From contig OY761611.1 of the NCBI GenBank assembly GCA_963664875.1, positions 2,496,001 through 2,560,000 on the forward strand: a stretch of 64,000 bases of DNA. Reading direction: 5' to 3'. Positions within the stretch are counted from its first letter, which is position 1. Each line of letters opens with the position of its first letter. Below the pieces are notes generated by a model. That model did no database searches and was not told the DNA's origin. It saw only the letters and a list, made by a program, of their open reading frames with translations. Below, one piece after another: positions 58,050-64,000 of this stretch. The position numbers and the translations under genes are program-made. The stretch is from Candidatus Kapaibacterium sp. GTDB lineage: Bacteria > Bacteroidota > Ignavibacteria > Kapaibacteriales > UBA2268.

Positions 58050-59507
58050 CTATGTTAGAATCTTTATCGGTAAAATTAGTTCTATTTCGACTCCCTTGGA
58101 ATCTTTACGATTATAAAGGCTAAATGTGCCGCCTGCTTCCCAAATGTATGACGCAATTGTAGAAAGTCCAATGCCTACTCCGGGGGTTTCTCCCGTAAAA
58201 TACTTTTCTCCCTGATAGTAAGGTCGCCATGCGTTTTCTAACTGCTCAGGTGATAAATTTATCCCATCATCTCCAAAAACTATCGCTATGGAGTCTTCTG
58301 TTTTGCTAAGTTGAAGATAGCATTTAGGATTATGTTCCGGATGAAATTTTTTGGCATTTAGTGCAAGCTCGTTTGTTATCCATCTGAAGGCAGAAGAGCT
58401 CAGAGTGAATGAGTAATCCATGACTCCCTGCAATCCCAATATATCAACCGGCTGCAAGCTGTGTTCTTTCGCAATCTGTTCGAGCATATCGGGCAAACTC
58501 TCAAAGTCGAATATCTCTCCGTAGCTTTTAGCTGTAGTCGGATTAGTAACATAGTTGACAATGGATTCGATTTGCGAATTGAGTCTGTTGAAAGAAGTTC
58601 TTGCATTGTTTATCAATTCTATAATTTCTTCGCGACTCATCTCGTCGCCAAAGTTTCCAATAAGCTCGAACACACCGGATAGGCTATTCATCGGAGTTCT
58701 CAGCTTATGCAATATCAGCCCGTGGAATGTGCGTTCTATTCTGCTTTCTTGTATTTGTTTTGTTACATCAGTCAGCACTATCAATCTCTGTTCGCTGACT
58801 CTGGCTGGTGATTTGTAAAATAAAAATTGTAGCCACTGTGCCGAGTTAGTGTCAGTTTCCGGCAGCACCAAATATAGATCAGGAAAGTTAGCTTCATCGA
58901 AAGATTCGAATTTTTCCCATCTATCATGAGGCTCTTTGTTAAACTTGAGATCTACCAAATCAAAAAAATTCAAATTGGAAATATCACTCTCTTCCCTTAT
59001 GTCTAAGTAATTTCTTGCCTTTTTATTTAAGAAGAGAATATTATTGTTTTTATCAACAACCAACATTGCATTGAGTGTGTTGTCGATTACCCAGTCAAGT
59101 TTTTTACGTTCTGCTATAATTTTTCTATACCTATTCAATCTGGTGATAGTTTTAATTCTCATCTCTAATTCAGCAAGGTTGAAAGGCTTATTGATAAAAT
59201 CATCTGCTCCGGATTCGATTCCCTGCAACCGAGACTCTTGGTCATCTAACATAGAAACCATCAGCACAGGCAATTCTTTTAGCTTATCATTTTCTCTAAT
59301 CTTTTTGCATACTTCAAACCCATTCATCCCGGGCATCATCACATCTAATAGTACCAAATCAGGCACTTGTTTTTCCAATTTTTCCAGTGCTTCAAATCCG
59401 TTTTCTGCAAATTCCAAATCATAGCCGGAATCAGAAAGTAATTGGTCCAATACGATTCTCCCGGCTTCCGAATCATCTACTATCAAAATCGTGCTTCTGT
59501 ATTCCAT
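58050..59507 (-). CDS. Response regulator / PAS / histidine kinase hybrid
   Basis: REC (ILIVDD, LLDVMMP, KP), HKLRTP, N-box NAKKF, DDG, GVGIGL. Confidence 0.9.
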   Translation of the reverse strand: MEYRSTILIVDDSEAGRIVLDQLLSDSGYDLEFAENGFEALEKLEKQVPDLVLLDVMMPGMNGFEVCKKIRENDKLKELPVLMVSMLDDQESRLQGIESGADDFINKPFNLAELEMRIKTITRLNRYRKIIAERKKLDWVIDNTLNAMLVVDKNNNILFLNKKARNYLDIREESDISNLNFFDLVDLKFNKEPHDRWEKFESFDEANFPDLYLVLPETDTNSAQWLQFLFYKSPARVSEQRLIVLTDVTKQIQESRIERTFHGLILHKLRTPMNSLSGVFELIGNFGDEMSREEIIELINNARTSFNRLNSQIESIVNYVTNPTTAKSYGEIFDFESLPDMLEQIAKEHSLQPVDILGLQGVMDYSFTLSSSAFRWITNELALNAKKFHPEHNPKCYLQLSKTEDSIAIVFGDDGINLSPEQLENAWRPYYQGEKYFTGETPGVGIGLSTIASYIWEAGGTFSLYNRKDSKGVEIELILPIKILT

Positions 59508-59555
59508 TTGTTATTCCAGTTAAGTTGAATGCTCATATAAAAAAACGTTAGTGAT

Positions 59556-62500
59556 TTATCTTGATTTTAAATAAGATTGAATTCGCTCAATAAGCACTAT
59601 CATGCTTATTGGCTTGCTCAAATAATCATTGGCTCCGGCATCGAGTATTTTCTTTCTGTCCCCTGGCATAGCAAGTGCAGTAAGGGCAATTATAGGGATG
59701 TCTCGGAACTCATCGGAAGTTTTTAAAAATTCTATGGCTTCAAATCCATTCATCTTCGGCATCTGAATATCCATCAAAATCAAATCAGGACGATGCTCAT
59801 GTACCCATTCGATTGCTTCCTGGCCGTTGCGTGCAATTATGATTTTGTATTTATTCATAGTCAAAAATGCTTCAATGGTCTCAATATTTGCTTCGTTGTC
59901 TTCTGCCAGGAGAATAGTAAATTGCTTATCTTTGTCGTTTTGGAATGCATCCATAAACTGCACCCCGTAAGTCTCGCATAATGCTTTCCTTACTTTGTTT
60001 GCAGTTATAGGCTTGCCTATAAAGGCATCTGCTCCGACGACCGATGCTTTTTCGAGCTCTTTGCCCATAGAAGCCATTATTATTTTGATATCTTTGGTCC
60101 TGAAGTCATTTTTTATTATTGCCATTATCTCCCAAGCAGAGCGGTGCTTAATCGTTGAGTCAATAATAATTAGGTGAGGCTGGATTTCCATCACATCATT
60201 TATACCTTTGCTGTCATCGTCAAATCTATATATGTGAGCGGTTCTTTCATGTAGTACATTGGATATTACATTATAATCGCTTTGGCTTTCCGTAATGACT
60301 ATAACAGTTCTATCTTGCATACATGATATATCATAATCCAAATCTTCTTCATATTCAATTATATCCGGATTTTTAGAAGGCATAGCAACTATAAAACGAC
60401 TTCCTTCTCCTAATTGACTTTGCACTTCTATACTACCGCCATGGAGCTCTACCATTTTAGCAACTAAAGACAGCCCCAATCCCGAACCTTCAAATTCTCT
60501 GGAAAGAGCACTGTCTAACTGGACAAATGGTTTGAATAGCGACTTCATATCTCTTTCAGGTATTCCTATTCCATTGTCCCAAACTTCAAACAAAATTGTG
60601 TGTTTATCTTGAGATGGTGTTACAGTGAGTCCAATTTCTTTGCCTGCCGGAGTAAACTTAACAGCATTGCTTAGCAGATTTATCAATATTTGACGCAATC
60701 GGCGGGTATCTGCCCATACCTGCAAATTTTTGTCACTATGATCATAATGAACTTTGATAGATTTTTTATTTGCAGTTTCAGATATAAAACGCAATGAAGA
60801 GACACAAATCGGATCTATCAGAACGTTCTCTTTTAATAAGTCCAGTTTGCCTGCTTCAATTTTCGACAAATCAAGTATATCGTTTATCAGGGAAAGCAAG
60901 TGCTGCCCGCTTTCGTTGATAGTTTTGAAAGACTTTTGCTGCTTTTCATTTATATTTCCCTGTAGCTGATATTGAAGTATTTCTGATAACCCCAATATCG
61001 CATTCAGAGGAGTACGCAGTTCATGGCTCATATTTGCAAGAAATTCATCTTTCGCTCGCACCGCTTTTGAAAGCTCAGCGTTCAGAGCACTTAGCTCTTC
61101 TGTCCTTTCAATTACTCTTTCTGCAAGGAAAGTTCTTTCTTCTTCCAACGCCTCTTCTGCTTTTTTTCTGCCGGTGATATTGGAAATAAAAAGTAATATC
61201 ATTATTTTATTATCCCAATTTACCTTGTTTGCATTTATGTTTACCCATTTGATATTGTTGTTAGAATCTACAAGTCGTACATCATGCTTTTGGTGGAGGA
61301 AGTTTTTATCTTTTGTATGAGTTAGTTTGAAAACCGTCTCTTTGTCTGCATCAAATATCATATCAATAAACTTGCGGTTATTCACTTGGAAGTTGGAATA
61401 ACCGGTAAGCTGTTCAAATGCCGGATTAGCGAAAAGGATAGTCTCATAGTTTAACATAATAATGCCTTCTGTGGCATTCTCGAAAATTTGCCTGTATTTG
61501 GTCTCGCTCTTTAAGATTTCTTCCTGGCTTTTCTTGACGGCAGTTACATCTCGCTTGATGGCTACATAATTTGTAATAATATTTAGCTCGTTGAATACCG
61601 GCACAATAGTCATTTCTTCGTAGTAAAAGTCTCCGTTTTTGCGTTTGTTAACCAAAGTGCCTTGCCAGTTTTTACCCATCAAAATATCTTCCCACATTGC
61701 CTTGTAAAACTCCGGAGTTTGCAAACCTGATTTGAGAACTCTAAGGTTTTTGCCGGTAATTTCTTCTATGGTATAGCCGGTTATCATCTCGAAAGCATTA
61801 TTTGCATATTCGACTTCCCCGAAGAGATTCGTTATACAAAAAGCATCATAACTTTTTTCGATACCTAATTTCAATTTCTTAGCATTGCTTTCAACTCTTT
61901 TTTGTTCTGTGATATCATAGATAAATACATATATATCTATCAAACCTCGTTCGTTTTCGGTTTTTAGTAAATTGATATATGCGGCAATGGGCTTTCCGGA
62001 GCGGCTCACAAAAGGACGCTCGCCACTGTGGTCTGTGCCGCTGTTGATAAAGTTTTGATGTAGTCTTTCGTAAATAGGTTTTTGTTTTTCGGGATAGAGT
62101 TTTAAAAACGAAGTCCCCTCAAGCTCACCTTTTGCATATTCGAATATCTGAAGCATTTGTGGGTTGGCTTCTTCTATTACATTTTTATTGCTGATTTTTG
62201 CGATTCCAATAGGAGCAATATCAACCATCTTTCTGAGTTTTTGTTGTGAAATCAGCAAGTTGGATTCTATTGTCTTTCTTTCTTTAATTTCAGATTCTAA
62301 AAGTTCAGTACGTTTTGCTATTCGAGATTCCAAATCTGTATTTAATTCTTTTATTTTCATATTGATGCTTCTGCGGTTGATTGCAGCTCCCATTACGTTT
62401 GCAGCAGACTGAAGTGCATCTAATTCCCCATGTGACCAGAAATTCTCTTCATCAATTTTACCAATTTTAATAACACCCCATAGTGTTTCATCTACCATAA

Positions 62501-64000
62501 TCGGGCAAATAAATACTGTTTTTTCGCGAGTTTCAATCAAAAGGGTATTTAGCGGAGAGCTAAGTGATTCTGTAAGATAAATATACCTTCCCATTTCCAG
62601 ACTGTTTACTATTTCATTGTTATTTCTGGAAAACAAAATAGTTTTGTACTCTTCTTCGAGCTGTTTATATTCATCTTTGAACATTGCTCTCTTTTGCTCG
62701 CCTCTCAAGAAGCCATCGGTTGACTCAATTTCATATATAGCAATATAATCCGCTTTTGTGCTATCGGCAATTGCATCAAAGATGAATGTAGATTCCCGGT
62801 CGAAATCGTCAGCATTAAGATAATGACGAGATGCAAAGCTAACGGCTTCGAGTATTTTGTCACGTTGCAAAAGCATTTTTTCTGCATCTTTTCTTTTGTC
62901 GATATTTATGACAAGGCCTACTGTAGAACTTATTCTATCCATGTTGTCGAGGACAGGTGAAACAAATACTTCTGCATCGAATGAGCTGCCGTCTTTTCTT
63001 AGATATTTTTTTTCAAACTGAGCAGAGTGTACTTCTCCGTTCCATATCTGTTTGAGATTGTTTATATTATCTCTAATGGATTCACTGTGAGTAATGTCTT
63101 TGATATTTAGAGAGTGCAGCTCTGAAATACTGAAGCCTGACATTCTGGAAAATGCTTTGTTTGCATAAATTATATTGTGCATTTTGTCAATTACTATAAC
63201 TCCGACGAGATTGTTATCCACGATGGCAGTGAGTTTGTTCTGCCGCTCTTTGTAAGCATTGATAACATTTACATTTTCAGTAAGGTCATGTATAATGCCA
63301 ATAGTCTGCTTCAATACTCCATCAACAACTACCGGTACAGATTCGAGATAAATTTGTTTGATGCCTATGTAAGTTGAATATTCGAAAGTTCTTCCTGTGC
63401 AAATTTGTAGAGACTTAATACATTCATTTTCCAAATCTGCAAGATGATTATAAAACAAATCTGCATTTTCAAAGAGTTCTTTATCTGTTTTGTGAAGTAT
63501 TTCACCCTGAGTTTTACCAAAAAAGTCGATCGCTTTCCCATTAACAACTAAATACTTGCCTTCAGGTTGAGATTTGGCAAATATTCCAATCGGACTGTTC
63601 TCTATAATTGATGATAAAAAGAGTCTTTGCTCTTTGATTATCTGATTTTGAGTAAAAGTTTCTGTGATGTCATTAATAAAACCTCTGATAAAAAGCTGAT
63701 TGTCTTCGTGGTAAGGCAAGGCTCTGACATTTAGTATTTTTTCGCTACCATTAACATGCAAATATTTAGAAGTAAAATCGAATGGTGTAAGGTTGTGGCA
63801 AGATTCTCTTAATATATCTCTTAATCTTTGGGCTTCTGATTCATTGTCCGGAAGCAACAATTTGGGATTGTCTAATACATCGGCATAATTTTTCCCGAGG
63901 AGAGAGACTATTTTATTGCTAATGCTAATCAGTTCTACTTCGATATTAGGCGATACGCTCGCAACAAAGTTTACTAAAGGATGCTTGTCATCCTGATTGA
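59556..64000 (-). CDS. Multi-PAS/GAF hybrid histidine kinase with two receiver domains; 5' end lies outside the window
   Basis: FLANMSHELRTP, NLLSNAVKFT, DNGIG, GSGLGL, terminal REC. Frame stays open from 63860 to the window edge. Confidence 0.92.
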   Translation of the reverse strand, partial: NQDDKHPLVNFVASVSPNIEVELISISNKIVSLLGKNYADVLDNPKLLLPDNESEAQRLRDILRESCHNLTPFDFTSKYLHVNGSEKILNVRALPYHEDNQLFIRGFINDITETFTQNQIIKEQRLFLSSIIENSPIGIFAKSQPEGKYLVVNGKAIDFFGKTQGEILHKTDKELFENADLFYNHLADLENECIKSLQICTGRTFEYSTYIGIKQIYLESVPVVVDGVLKQTIGIIHDLTENVNVINAYKERQNKLTAIVDNNLVGVIVIDKMHNIIYANKAFSRMSGFSISELHSLNIKDITHSESIRDNINNLKQIWNGEVHSAQFEKKYLRKDGSSFDAEVFVSPVLDNMDRISSTVGLVINIDKRKDAEKMLLQRDKILEAVSFASRHYLNADDFDRESTFIFDAIADSTKADYIAIYEIESTDGFLRGEQKRAMFKDEYKQLEEEYKTILFSRNNNEIVNSLEMGRYIYLTESLSSPLNTLLIETREKTVFICPIMVDETLWGVIKIGKIDEENFWSHGELDALQSAANVMGAAINRRSINMKIKELNTDLESRIAKRTELLESEIKERKTIESNLLISQQKLRKMVDIAPIGIAKISNKNVIEEANPQMLQIFEYAKGELEGTSFLKLYPEKQKPIYERLHQNFINSGTDHSGERPFVSRSGKPIAAYINLLKTENERGLIDIYVFIYDITEQKRVESNAKKLKLGIEKSYDAFCITNLFGEVEYANNAFEMITGYTIEEITGKNLRVLKSGLQTPEFYKAMWEDILMGKNWQGTLVNKRKNGDFYYEEMTIVPVFNELNIITNYVAIKRDVTAVKKSQEEILKSETKYRQIFENATEGIIMLNYETILFANPAFEQLTGYSNFQVNNRKFIDMIFDADKETVFKLTHTKDKNFLHQKHDVRLVDSNNNIKWVNINANKVNWDNKIMILLFISNITGRKKAEEALEEERTFLAERVIERTEELSALNAELSKAVRAKDEFLANMSHELRTPLNAILGLSEILQYQLQGNINEKQQKSFKTINESGQHLLSLINDILDLSKIEAGKLDLLKENVLIDPICVSSLRFISETANKKSIKVHYDHSDKNLQVWADTRRLRQILINLLSNAVKFTPAGKEIGLTVTPSQDKHTILFEVWDNGIGIPERDMKSLFKPFVQLDSALSREFEGSGLGLSLVAKMVELHGGSIEVQSQLGEGSRFIVAMPSKNPDIIEYEEDLDYDISCMQDRTVIVITESQSDYNVISNVLHERTAHIYRFDDDSKGINDVMEIQPHLIIIDSTIKHRSAWEIMAIIKNDFRTKDIKIIMASMGKELEKASVVGADAFIGKPITANKVRKALCETYGVQFMDAFQNDKDKQFTILLAEDNEANIETIEAFLTMNKYKIIIARNGQEAIEWVHEHRPDLILMDIQMPKMNGFEAIEFLKTSDEFRDIPIIALTALAMPGDRKKILDAGANDYLSKPISMIVLIERIQSYLKSR

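Overview
AT-rich chromosomal window from an FCB-group bacterium. The 16S signatures, T9SS C-terminal domains, TTTG-N20-TAnnTTTG promoters and real Shine-Dalgarno use suggest an Ignavibacteria/Kapabacteria-like lineage (inference). It holds housekeeping genes (pyrD, rpoN, an E2 acyltransferase, grpE-dnaJ, topA, birA, coaX), signalling proteins, two head-to-tail rRNA operons, an ABC-ATPase/TOPRIM pair, a 1774-aa fibre-like secreted protein and several T9SS substrates. The most striking structure is an array of three T9SS-secreted paralogs (34.6-39.2 kb) with constant ends and variable cores. The array is bracketed by four copies of one terminator-like inverted repeat. Each gene is preceded by a 16-bp palindrome and an unannotated 27-codon ORF whose stop overlaps the start codon (ATGA) and whose substitutions fall mostly at third codon positions. 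Other candidates: four evenly spaced rRNA promoters, structured leaders for rpoN and grpE, and an orphan sRNA. No CRISPR array, transposase, integrase or reverse transcriptase was seen. All calls come from reading the sequence by eye; no searches were run.
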